The notes beneath the pieces are model-generated. The model did no database searches and was not told where the DNA came from. It saw nothing but the letters and a program-made list of their open reading frames with translations. From Malacoraja senta (Eukaryota), in NCBI GenBank assembly GCA_038087875.1, contig CM075988.1:1-64000 (forward strand): a stretch of 64,000 bases of DNA. Direction: 5' to 3'. Of the stretch, positions 38,590-51,117 are shown in pieces. The first letter of the stretch is position 1, and the number at the start of each line of letters is the position of its first letter. The translations under genes were made by a program, and so were the position numbers.

Positions 38590-39140
38590 TTTAAATTTCA
38601 AAATAGACTTTATTCGGGTAATAAATATATACAATACATGAACCGTGCCAAAAATTCATCCGACATTTTCGGAGGCTATAGAAATGATTCAATACATATT
38701 GCTCAAATTTCACAGATTTATCCCCCACCCTTGCCACTCATGTGACCCACTGGCGTGGAATCCCTTCCCTTATTTTGAGGGACGTCTCCACCACACCCTG
38801 CCCCCCATGTCCAGCAGCGGAAGGACCCTAGACTGTGGCCCTCCCCCATCGAGCCTTGGCGTTGGCTGCACCGAGCTTCAGTGCGTCCCTCAGCACGTAC
38901 TCCTGCAGCAGTCTGCAGCGGGCCAGTCGGCAACATTCCCCGACGGACATCTCGCTCCGCTGGGTGGTCAACAACGCTCGGGCAGACCAAAGAGCGTCGT
39001 TCACCGAGTTGATGACCCTCCAGCAGCACTCGATGTCAGTCTCTGAATGTGTCCCTGGGAACAGTCCGTAAATCACAGAGTCCTCTGTGACGGAGCTGTT
39101 CGGGATAAACCGTGACAGGGACCCTTGCAGACCTCTCCAG
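38590..39140 (-). mobile_element. Tx1/L1-like LINE 3' fragment
   Basis: EDSVIYGLFPG..NSVNDALWSAR..QEYVLRDALKLG..W peptide (ORF 38828..39271) followed by AATAAA and an A-rich end. Confidence 0.6.
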
Positions 39141-39239
39141 ATTACGACAGGCGTAGATAGTGCAGACGGAACCTTTCTCTCAGGGTGGAAATGTCCACCA
39201 GAGGAGCCGAGGGTTCGAGTCCCACTTCTGACACCATGT

Positions 39240-40035
39240 AACAACCCCACTCTCACTATTGACGGCACCATTGTCTCCCCATCTCCTCAGGCACGCAACC
39301 TTGGCGTGATCTTTGACTCAACCCTCTCCCTTGAGCCTCACATCCGCCGTGTTGTCAAAACATCATTTTTTCACCTCCGCAACATTGCCTAAATCCAGAT
39401 CCTCTCTCACACCCCCGCTGCTGAAAGACTCATCCATGCCTTCATCTCCTCCCGACTGGACTACTGCAACTCTCTTCTCTTTGGCATTAATTCCAGCAAC
39501 ATCAACCGACTCCAACTGGTCCAGAATGCAGCCGCTCGACTCATCACCCACACCAAATCCTGGCACCACATCACCCCAGTTCTCAAAGAACTTCACTGGC
39601 TGCCCATTTCCCACCGGATCATCTACAAAATCCTGGTCCTCACCTACAAAGCCCTCAACCACTTGGCCCCCCCTTATCTCATTGACCTCCTCTCCCCCTA
39701 CCAACCCTCACGGTCCCTCAGATCCACATCAGCCGGTCTCCTCTCCATTCCGAAATCCAACCTCTGCACTTTTGGAGGCAGAGCCTTCTCCAGGGCAGCT
39801 CCCAGGCTCTGGAATTCCCTCCCACAACTGATCCGAAATTCTGAGTCCCTCACCATCTTCCAGTCCCGCCTCAAGACCCATCTCTTCACCTCTGCATACC
39901 CTTAGTCCCATGTTCCTCTCCCCTTTGCATCTCTGTCTTACTGCTCTATTTTGTTTTGTTTATTCTTGACTCAATTGTAAAGCGACTTTGAGTCCTGAAA
40001 AGCGCTATAGAAATAAAATCTATTATTATTATTAT
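39240..40035 (+). mobile_element. L2-clade LINE 3' fragment
   Basis: ARNLGVIFDSTLS..FFHLRNIA, RAFSRAAPRLWNSLP, LKTHLF; (tat)n tail. Confidence 0.85.
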
Positions 40036-40077
40036 TCGCACATCATGGTACAACATAGTTTTATTAAAGATCACTAA

Positions 40078-40624
40078 AGGGGCAGTCCCACTGCAGAGCG
40101 ACCTAATCCGCGAGTTCTGGCGAGTTTGCCCTCGACTCGTATTCGCAGCACGGTCGACACGAGGTCCTAGGAGGTCTTTGTAACTCTCCTTCATGCTCGA
40201 GAGTGGTCCCCGCGTACTCGAGGCCTCAGCTAGATCGCGGCGTATTTTTCAACATGCTGAATAATGCCCGTGAGTAAAAAAAGGTCGCCATGGAAAAAAT
40301 CGATACTTTTTTTACTCGTAGGTTTAGTCGAGGTAGGTCGTAGTAGGTCGGCATGTTAGTCGTAGGTAATCGAGGGTAGTCGAAGGTAGTCAAAGGTAAT
40401 CGTTAGATAGTCTTCAACATAGTCGAAGGGAGGTCGAAGGGAGGTCGTCTTCACTCTCCACTATTCGGTGTCCAATTTTCCCGAAGCTAGTCGAAGCTGG
40501 TCTTCAACATAGTGGAAGGAGGTCTTCAACATAGTGGAAGCAGGTCTTCAACATGACATTTTTTTCAATCTCTCCTAAACTCTTCTAAACTCGCGAATTA
40601 GGTTGCTGCAGTGGGACAGCCCCT
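40078..40624. mobile_element. PIF/Harbinger-type MITE
   Basis: TAA TSD (40075-40077, 40625-40627); TIR aggggcagtcccactgcag / ctgcagtgggacagcccct. Confidence 0.85.
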
Positions 40625-41249
40625 TAACAGCATTGTGTTATACCTAGTGTAGCAACTATTCGACTGCCAGCATGAGCTGAGTTCTGATCATATAAACCGC
40701 ATAGTGGGCGGAGCTTTTTACTGATAAAGCACTACAATTGGTTAGTGTGAAGTAACCAATCTACATAGACGCCATAGCTTTAAGGTGAGAGGGGCAAAGT
40801 TTAAAGGAGATGTGTGGGGTCGCCTTCTTCACACAGAGGGTGGTGGGTGCCTGGTACGAGCTGGCTCGGGTTGGTGTTGGAGGCAGATATCCTAATTTCT
40901 AGGAGGAGAATTAGGCCATTTGGCCCATCAAGCCTATTTCCGCCACTCAAACATGGCTGATCTATCTCTCCCACTCAACCCCATTCCCCTGCCTTCTCCC
41001 CTGACACCCGTAGTAATCAAGGATCTGTCAATCTCCGCCTTGAAAATAACCGTTGACTTGGCCTCCACAGCCTTCTGTGGCAATATGCAGTGCTGGCTCG
41101 AACGGTCGAATGGCCTCCTCCTGCACCTATTTTCTATACAATATTTTCCACAGAATCACCACCCTCTGACTAAAGAAATTCCTCCTCGTCTCCTTCCTAA
41201 AGGAACGACCTTTGATTTCTAACATTCATGTACAAATCTAATTCAATTT

Positions 41250-41850
41250 ACAAATTCACAGACGACACCACCATTGTGGGCCGGATATCAAATGATGATG
41301 AGACGGAGTACAGGAGGAGATCGAGAACCTCGTGTCCTGGTGTCCAGACAACAACCTTTCTCTCAACCTCGGCAAGACAAAGGAGATAGTGATGGACTTC
41401 AGGAAGTGAAGGGGTCCACACACCCCAGTCTGCATTGACAGCGCCGAAGTAGAGATGGTTGAAAGATTCACATTCCTAGGAGTCAATATCACCACCAACT
41501 TCTCCTGGACCACCCATACTGAAGCAACGACCAAGAAAGCACACCAACCCCTCTACTCCCTTAGAAGGCTTAGAGAGTTCGACATGTCCCCTACAACTCT
41601 CCCCAACTTCTACAGATGCGCCGCAGGAAGCATTTTATCGGGATGCATCCCAGCACGGTTTGGGAACAGCTCCATCCAAGACCGCAAGAAATTGCAGCGA
41701 ATTGTGGACGCAGACCAGACCATCACACAAACTAACCTCCCTTCCATTGACTCCATCTACACCTCACGCTGCCTCGGCAAGGCCAGCAGCATCATCAAGG
41801 ACCAGTCTCACCCCGGTCACTCCCTCTTCTCCCCTCTCCCAGCAGGCAAG
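41250..41850 (+). mobile_element. Rex1/Babar-type LINE 3' fragment
   Basis: KF.DDTTIVG region and ORF 41455..41934 FLGVNITTNFSW..KKAHQ.. Confidence 0.78.
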
Positions 41851-41884
41851 AGTAATAGTAATAGTAATAGTAATAGTAATAGTA

Positions 41885-43410
41885 ATTTTATTGTCAATTC
41901 ACATAATGTAACAAGTAGTTACACAGAGGATTGAAATTGCCTTTCCCCATACTCCAATGTGCAAGTAATATTTTATAACACAGACAGACAGTATACCAAT
42001 AAAAATAGACAATGGACATATACATTATATAAAATATTCGTTAATAAAAGGTGCAATATAGAAAAGTGCAAATAGCATACTGCAGACATTGAGTTAAAGT
42101 TAATTTGACAGTCAGTTGGTCTTTGTGTAATGTTCATGGAATTTTCTTGAGTGTGTTGAGTAGTCTGATGGCCTGAGGGAAAAAGCTGTTTTTGAATCTG
42201 GTGGTTTTGCTCCGCATGCTGCGGTAGCGCTTGCCGGATGGTAGGAGGGTGAACAGTTTGTGTGCTGGGTGGGTGGTGTCTTTGATGATATTGGTTGCTC
42301 TCTTGCGACAGCGAGATGGGTATAAGTCCTGGATTGCTGGTTGGGGTGATCTAGTGATCTTCTCCGCTGTCCTCACCACTCTCTGTAGGGCCTTCTGGTC
42401 AGCAGCAGAGCAACTGCCATACCAGACTGAGAGCCTGCTGGTAAGAATGCTCTCAATGGCACCCCTGTAAAAAGTTGTGAGGGCAGAAGGGGGGAGGTCG
42501 GCTCTCCTCATCCATCGAAGGAAGTGGAGGCGTTGCTGTGCTTTCTTGACTAGGGAGATGGTGTTGGTGGACCATGTCTGATCATCTGTGATGTGTACTC
42601 CCAGGAACTTGGTGCTTTTCACAGACTCCACTGCACTGCCATTTATGGTGAGTGGGGTGTGTGCTGTCTGTTTCTTCCTGAAGTCCACAGTTATTTCTTT
42701 TGTTTTATTGACATTGAGTTGAAGGTTATTGATGTCACACCAGTTGATGAGTTGTTGTACCTCCTCTCTGTAGGCTGAGTCGTCATCGTGGCTGATGAGG
42801 CCCACCACTGTTGTGTCATCTGCGAACTTGATGATGTGGTTCGAGTTGTGTTTGGCACAAACAGTCATGTGTCATCAGCGTGAACAACAGAGGGCTCAGC
42901 ACACATCCCTGTGGGACCCCGGTGTTCATGATGGTGGTCTCTGATGAGTTTTTGCCAACTCTTACTGTCTGTGGTCTGTCGGTGAGGAAGTCCAGTAACC
43001 AGTTGCATAGTGGGGTGCTGATGCCTATTTCACCGAGTTTATTCACCAGGTGTTGGGGGATGACTGTGTTGAAGGCGGAGATGAAATCGATGAACAGCAA
43101 CCGCACGTAACTGTTATTGTTTTCCAGATGAGCCAGGCTTAGGTGGAGTGCTGTTGCTATGGCATCATCAGTGGAACGGTTGGGACGGTATGCAAACTGG
43201 AATGGGTCAAGTGTAGAGGGGAGACTGGATGTTATGTGGGCCTTGACCAACCTTTCAAAGCACTTCATCATGATGGACGTGAGTGCTATGGGCCGGTAGT
43301 CGTTCAGTGTTGAGGCTGGTGATTTCTTGGGTAGCGGTATGATGGTGGTGGCTTTGAAGCATGCTGGTATGATGGCTTGGCTCAGAGAGGTGTTGTAGAT
43401 GTCTGTGAGA
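41885..43410 (-). mobile_element. Rex1/Babar-type LINE, RT and C-terminal region (frameshifted)
   Basis: ORFs 42816..43271 ([26 protein letters not shown]) and 42134..42868 ([12 protein letters not shown]). Confidence 0.88.
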
Positions 43411-44894
43411 ACAGAAGTGTGAAACGCACACCTCCAGATTCAGGGACAGTTTCTTCCGAGCTGTTATCAGGCAACTGAACCATCCTCCCAACAACCAGAG
43501 AGCAGTCCTGAACTACTATCTACCTGATCGGTGACACTCGGACTATCGTTGATCGGACTTTGCTGGCTTTACCTTGCACTAAACGTTATTCCCTTTATCA
43601 TGTAACTGTAAATGGCTCGATTGTAATCATGTATTGTCTTTCCGCTGACTGGATAGCACGCAACAAAAGCTTTTCACTGTACCTCGGTACACAAGTCAAG
43701 TCAACTTTATTTGTCACATACACATACAAGATGTGCAGTGAAATGAAAGTGGCGATACCTGCGGATTGTGTAAAAACTACAGAACAGAACAGAACCAGTA
43801 TTTACATTTAAAATAAAGGACACAACAGTATTTCCGACCTGGTGAGATCAGAGTTTACAGTCCTGATGGCCTGTGGGAAAAAACTCAGTCTCATCCTCTC
43901 TGTTTTCACGGGATGACAGCGGAGGCGCTCGCCTGACCGTAGCAGCTGGAACAGTCACTTGCTGAGGTGGTAGGGGTCCCCCATAATGTTGCTGGCTCTG
44001 GATCTGCACCTCCGGGGGAGGGGGGGGGGGGAGTGTAGTTCCCGTGGTGCGTTCGGCCGAACGCACTACTCTCTGCAGAGCCTTCCTGTCCTGGCCAGAG
44101 CTGCTGCCGAAACCAGCTCAAACCACCAACACGTGACAATAAACTAAACTAGGGGGGCTCCGTCCTGTATGGGTCTGGCTACCCAGCCTGCAGCTGTCCG
44201 TTTTCTCACGTTTTTTTTATTTTTAGTGAGTCAAGTGTTTTATTTTTGGGGGTCTAATCTTTTTTATGTGGGGGGTGAAGGGGGGGAGGGGGAAACTGCT
44301 TTTCAAGTCCCTACCTGGTCGGAGAGGCGGCTTTCCTCCGAGCAGCACCTTCGACCCGTCCTCGCGGCCTACCAGCGGGGCCTGGAGCGGCGTTTTCCTG
44401 AGGGGGACCGGCCAGAACCATGGCTTCGGCGGCGGCACAGCGCTGGAGCGCCATCGCGGAGCCGAGCGGGCGACGCCTTGCCCGGGTCGCCGCGCTGGAA
44501 CCGCCGATAAAAACATCGCGGAGCTGCGGGTCTGTGGAGCGGCCAGCCGCGGGCAGCCGCGCTGAACTTTACATCGGGAGCCTGGGATCTCTCGCCGGGA
44601 TCGCCAGTGGTGGAGCTCCGTCCGGCGCGGCCTGTCGGCTTCGGAAGCCGCGGTCTCCGGTAAGGAAGCGGCCGTTCCAGGCATCCCAAGCCGCTGTGAG
44701 GATTCTCCCGACGCCGGAGCACCATCACCCGGCGAGAAGGGGCTGAAACATTGGGCCCGTAGCGGCGACTGTAGAGGCCTCAATAGGCCCGACTATGTGT
44801 GGACATGGGGATGGGGACTGGACTTTGTGACTTCCCTCACAGTGGGAACCATTGTGGGGGATGTTTTATGTTTACATTTCTTTATTATTGTTAT

Positions 44895-46175
44895 TAGATT
44901 AGATTAGATTAGATATACCTTTAATAATCCTTTACAGGAAATTACAGTGCCACGACAGCTTCAAGACAGACATAACACCACACATTTCCTCAAATAGCTT
45001 CCATACTTAACAAGTTAAATACAAGTTAAAATACAAGTTAAAATACAATTAAAATACAGTTATTTATGCGCATTATATAACCTTATCGCAGCTGGTAAAC
45101 AGGACTTCCTATGTCTCTCCGTTTTGCACATTGGTGCGATCAGTCTCTGACTGAAGATGCTGCTCTTGATCACCTTCAGGGCATGGAGTGGGTGAGTGGG
45201 GTTGGTCATTATAGAACCCAGTTTGTTCAGAGTTCTGGCCTCTGCCACCTGCTGGACCGTTCGTTGCTCAGCCCCGACCACTGAGCCGGCCTTCCTGATC
45301 AGTTTGTCCAGTCTGTTTTTGTCCGCTATGCGAGCGCCATCTCCCCAACAGGCCACCGCAAAAAACAGAGCACTGGCCACCACTGAATGGTAGACACTGC
45401 ACAGTAGGGGTTGGCAGATGTTAAATGCCCTCAGCCTCCTTAAAGAATACAGTCGGCTTTGTCCCTTCCTGTACACCGCCTCCATATGACACTTCCAGTC
45501 CAGCTCCCTGTCAAGCTGCACACCAAGGTACCTGTGGTTAGCGACCACCTCCACCTCAGTGCCCTTAATGGTGATTGGTGTTGCTTGAGTCTTCCTCCTC
45601 CCCCTCCTGAAGTCCACAACTATCTCCTTGGTTTTTGTGGTGTTAAGATGGAGGTTATTGAGTGCACTCCACTCCACAAAGTTACTTATTATGTCTCTGT
45701 ACTCCTCCTCATTGCCCCCTTTAATGAGGCCGACAACAGCTGTGTCATCCGAAAACTTCTGCAAAAAGCAGCTGTTGGTGTTATATTGGAGATCCGCTGT
45801 GTAGATGGTAAACAGGAATGGAGCCAGCACAGTTCCTTGTGGAGCCCCTGTGCTGCTCAAGATGGTGCTTGAGACATTGTTGTTCTGTAGGCGCACGTAC
45901 TGTGGTCTGAGGGAAAGGTAATCCAAACACCACAGTACCAGTGATGGATCCACTTTCATCTTCTCCATCTTCTCCCCTAGCAGTCGGGGCTGAATTGTGT
46001 TGAAGGCGCTTGAGAAGTCAAAAAATGTAATCCTTACAGATGCATCAGTAGTGTCCAAATGTGTGTACAAACTGTAAAGGATCCATTTGATTTGACACAC
46101 TAGTCCTGATGTAGGAAAGGACAAGTCTCTCAAATGTCTTCATAATATGTGAAGTGAGCGCTACTGGTCTGTAGT
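44895..46175 (-). mobile_element. Rex1/Babar-type LINE, RT and C-terminal region
   Basis: ORF 45060..46133 FFDFSSAFNTIQP, GAPQGTVLAP, KFSDDT; (tctaa)n tail on the minus strand. Confidence 0.88.
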
Positions 46176-49100
46176 CTTATGTTGTATTCTTTTTAACGTG
46201 CTGCAATGGCAATCCACATTTCACTACACCAATTGGTGTATGTAACTAATAAAGAACCTTTGAACTATACTAAACTAAAGAAAGCATGCTCTTTGGCCCA
46301 AAGTCTCCATACTGACCACCAAGTAACCTGTCTGCGCTAATCCCATTCACACAAATTGGTCTGTAGCCCTTGTTTAGTTTAGTTTAGAGATACAGAGCGG
46401 AAACAGACCCTTCAGCCCAGCGAGTCGGCCCCGACCAGCGATCCCCGCACACGAACGCCATCGTACACACTCGGGACAGTTTACAATGTCACCAAATCCA
46501 ATTAGCCTAAAGACCGGCACGCCTTCGGAGCGTGGGAGGAAACCGGAGCACCCGGAGAAAACCCACGCAGGTCACGGGGGAGAACGAGCAAACTCCGTAC
46601 AGACAGCAGCCGTAGCCAGGATGGAACCGGGTCACCGGCGCTGTGAGGCAGCGACTTCACCGATGCGCCATCGTGCCGCCCCTGTCGATTTAAGTAGTCC
46701 TCTGTTAATCTTTGCAGCTGTCTGTAAAGCTATCTGCTAACGCTGATTCTAAAAGGCAGCTGGCCTGGTGAATTCAGACCACTGCATTGTGCTCATGGGT
46801 TTTCTGGGAGTACATGAACTGTTAAATTGAAACAGTGGCAACATAAGGCAAAGTTTGCAGCCACTCACTATCCAAATTGCTGATCTTACATATTTGAGGA
46901 ATTCCAGGCCCTGGTGTATTTTATCGCAGTGATAACCTCTGCAGGAAAAATGTTCCCCGTGTTGGGGGAGTCCAGAACCAGGGGTCACAGTTTAAGAATA
47001 AAGGGGTCGGCCATTTAGAAGGGAGATGAGGAAACACTTTTTCGCCCAGAGAGTTGTGAATCTGTGGAATTCTCTGCCACAGAGGGCAGTGGAGGCCAAT
47101 TCACTGGGTGTTTTCAAGAGAGAGTTAGATTTGGCTCTTGGGGCTAAAGGAATCAAGGGATATGGGGAGAAAGCAGGAATGGGGTACTGATTTTGGATGA
47201 TCAGCCATGATCACATTGAATGGCGGTGCTGGCTGAAAGGGCTGATTGGCCTACTCCACCACCTACTTTCTACGTTTCTATGTTTCTTCACTGATGTTAG
47301 AGAACAAACTAGAACTGTGTGCATGAAGGAACTGCAGGTGCTGGTTTAAACCATAGATAAGCACAAAAAGCTGGAGTAACTCTGCGGGACAGGCTGGATC
47401 TCTGGAGAGAAGGAATGGGTGACTTTTCAGGTTGAGACCCTTGTCCGAAACGTCACCCATTCCTTCTCTCCAGAGATGCTGCCTGTCCAGCAGTGTTACT
47501 CCAGCTTTTTCTGTCTATCTAGAGTGGCTAACAGAAAGTGCAGGAATCTTGAGAAAAACGCAAAGTGCTGGAGGAATGTGCCCATGTCTACAATTCACTG
47601 CAATTTCTTGCGATCTTGGAAGGACCTCTTCCCAAAGAATATATGCCTTTTTTTAGAGATGCAGCATGGAAACAGGCCCTTCGGCCCACCAGTCCATGCC
47701 GACCAGCGATCTCCCGGCACCAGCACTATCCTACACACAGGAGTTGACTATAGGATCCAAGAGGTCCTCCTGCAGTTGTACAGGGCCCTAGTGAGACCAC
47801 ACCTGGAGTATTGTGTGCAGTTTTGGTCCCCTAATTTGAGGAAGGACATTCTTGCTATTGAGGGAGTGCAGCGTAGGTTCACCAGGTTAATTCCTGGGAT
47901 GGCGGGACTGTCGTATGTTAATAGAATGGAGCGGCTGGGCTTGTATACTCTGAAGTTTAGAAGGATGAGAGGGACCCTTATTGAAACATTTAAGATTATT
48001 AAGGGTTTGGACACGCTAGAGGCAGGAAACATGTTCTCGATGTTGGGGGAGTCCAGAACCAGGGGCCACAGTTTAAGAATAAGGGGTAAGCCATTTAGAA
48101 CGGAGATGAGGAAACACTTTTTCAATTTGTTTGTTTGTTTGTTTGTTTATTTGTCTTTTGGACAAATTTGTCATTTGGACCCCTTGAGGTCCAAACAAAA
48201 TGTCGTTTCTGCAGCCATACAATACAAAACGAAGAAGACCCGAGACACAACACAATGTACACATACATCCATCACAGCGCTGTGAAGGAAGGCAAAACAA
48301 CTTATCTCTCCACTGCACTCCCCCCCCCCCCCCGATGTCAGAGTTCAAAGTCAAAGCCCCCGGCGGGCGATGGTGATTATCCCGCGGCCATTAAAGCCAC
48401 GCCGGTTAATGCAAGGTCGGGCACCGGGTCTTGGTGTTAGAGCCCCGGCGCGCGCTCGCAAAGGACCGCGGCCACTCCAAGCCGCGCGGGGCGGTGATGT
48501 AAAGCCCCGCTCCAGGTGCTCTTCAACCCCGCAACTCGGGCGGGAGAAGTCGCCGCTGCGGAAGCCCCGAAAAGCGGTCTCCCAACAGGGACTCGCGGGC
48601 TTCCGGTGTTGCCGTCCGCCAGACCCGCGGCTGCAGCCTCCGAATCTCCGGCGGTCGGGTCGCAGCAGCGCTCCACCACAGCTCCACCCGCTCCGGACTC
48701 GGCCAGCCCGTGACGGTGAGTAGTCCGCAGCTCCGCAACTGGAGCCCCAGGTCGTTCCTGCTGGAGGCCGCTCCACGTTGCCCAGCCCCAACGACAACGG
48801 AGACCCGACAAAGAAAAGGTCGGGTCTCCCGTGCAGGGGAAAGATTTCAAAGTTCCCCCCCCCCACCCCCACCCCCCCCCCACACACATACCCCGACAAA
48901 AAAAAAAAAAAACTACATAAAAACGAGACAAAAATAATAAAAAGACAGACGGACTACAGAGGCCGCTGCTGACGAGAGTCGTGCCGCCCACCGAATAGTT
49001 GTGAGTCTGTGGAATTCTCTGCCTCAGAGGGCGGTGGAGGCCGGTTCTCTGGATGCTTTCAAGAGAGAGCTAGATAGGGCTCTTAAAATAGTGGAGTCAG

Positions 49101-49508
49101 GGGATATGGGGAGAAGGCAGGAACGGGTACTGATTGGGGATGATCAGCCGCTGATCAGCCACTGAATGGCTGGCTTGAAGGGCTGAATGGCCCACTCATG
49201 GACCTATTCTCTATTGTCTATTGTAGAAAATAGGTGCAGGAGTAGGCCATTCGGCCCTTTGAGCCAGCACTGCCATTCAATACGATCATGGCTAATCATC
49301 CAAAATCAGTAGGAAAGAACTGCAGATGCTGGTTTAAATCTAAGTAGACAGAAAATGGAGTAACTCAGCGGGTCAGGCAGAATTTCTGAAGAGAAGGAAT
49401 GGGTGACGTTTCAGGTCGACACCCTTCTTCAGACTGGTACAGAAGTGTCTCAACCCGAAACGTCACTCATTCCTTCTCTCCAGAGATGCTACCTGACCGG
49501 CTGAGTTA

Positions 49509-49984
49509 AGGGCCTGTCCCACGGGCATGCGACTCCATGCGGCAAGCGCGACCTAACCGCAAGTGGGGGCGGCGCGGAGATCAAGTGATCCCCGTACAGG
49601 GCCTGTCCCACCAGCATGCGGCTGCATGCGGCAAGCGCTACCAAACCGGACGCGGGGGCCGCGCGGAGGTCGAGTGACGTCAAGACGGTGCGTACGGCAG
49701 CGAGGCGATGTGTACGGCGTTGAGGCGGTGCATACGACCGTCGATGCGGCGTGCACGGCCTCGATGCGGCTGCGGGCCGGCAGGCCGTTGCTGCGCGGAA
49801 TTTTTGAACAGTGTCAGTTTTTCGGAGCCCCGCGCGATGTCGGGACCAGCTCCGCACAACTCCATACGGCTCCGGCGATCGATGTGGGACCAGCCCCGCG
49901 ACCTCCGCGCGGCCCCCGCACGCCCCCCGCTTGCGGTTAGGTCACGATTGCCGCATGGAGTCGCATGCCCGTGGGACAGGCTCT
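49509..49984. mobile_element. PIF/Harbinger-type MITE with long (~55-60 bp) TIRs
   Basis: TTA TSD (49506-49508, 49985-49987) splitting the host motif ctgag-tta-ctccag; TIR agggcctgtcccacgggcatgcgactccatgcggcaa and its reverse complement. Confidence 0.88.
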
Positions 49985-50014
49985 TTACTCCAGTATTTTG
50001 TGTCTGCCATCCAC

Positions 50015-51117
50015 AATCAGTATCCCATTCCTGCTTTGTCCCCATATCCCTTGATTCCGTTAGTCCTAAGAGCTAAATCTAACTCTCTCTTGAAAACATC
50101 CCGTGAATTGGCCTCCACTGACTTCTGTGGCAGAGAATTCCACAGATTCACAACTCTCTGGGTGAAAAACCTTTTCCTCATTTCCTATCCCTAAATGGCC
50201 TACCCCTTAATCTCAAACTGTGACCCCCTGGTTCTGGACTCCACCAACATGGGGAACATTTTTCCTGCATCTAGCCTGTCCAATACTTTTAAGAATTTTA
50301 TATGTTTCTGTAAGATACCCCCTCATCCTTCTAAATTTTAATGAATACAAGCCCAGTCGACCCATTCTTTCATCATATGTCAGTCCCGCCATCCCGGGAA
50401 TTAACCTGGGGAACCTACGCTGCACTCCCTCAATAGCAAGAATGTCCTCCCTCAAATTAGGGGACCAAAACTGCACACAATCCTCCAGGTGTGGTCTCAC
50501 CAGGGCCCTGCAGGAGTAGGCCATTCGACCCTTCGAGCCAGCACCGCCATTCAATGTGATCATGGCTGATCATCCACAATCAGTACCCCGTTCCTGCCTT
50601 CTCCCCATATCCATTAACTCTGCTATCTTTAAGAGCCCTATCTAGGTCTCTCTTGAAAGCATCCAGAGAATTGGCCTCCACCGCCCTCTGAGGCAGAGAA
50701 TTCCACAGACTCACCACTCTCTGTGAGAAAAAGTTTGTTCTCATCTCCGTTCTAAATGGCTTACTCCTTATTCTTAAACTGTGACCCCTGGTTCTGGACT
50801 CCCCCAACATCAGGAACGTGTTTCCTGCCTCTAGCGTGTCCAAACCATTAATAATCTATATGTTTCAATGAGATAGCCTCTCATCCTTCTAAATTCCAGA
50901 ATGTACAAGCCCAGCTGCTCCAATCTCTCAACATATGACAGTCCCGCCATCCCGGGAATTAACCTTGTAAACCTACGCTGCACTCCCTCAATAGCAAGAA
51001 TGTCCTTACTCAAGTTTGGAGACCAAAACTGCACACAATACTCCAGGTGTGGTCTCACTAGGACCCTGTACAACTGCAGGAGGACCTCTTTGCTCCTATG
51101 CTTAACTCCTCTTGTTA
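50015..51117 (-). mobile_element. Two stacked CR1 3' fragments; further CR1-type fragments at ~1172-1605, 3385-3908, 4996-5780, 6930-7385, 15045-15477, 17890-18470, 20997-21493, 22275-22860, 35545-35955, 37330-37723, 46945-47285, 47740-48122, 52588-52915, 55290-55545, 58497-58777
   Basis: Recurrent RRFTRLIPGM..LYTLEFRRMRG..TRGHSL..LWNSLP peptide and shared 3'UTR. Confidence 0.85.
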
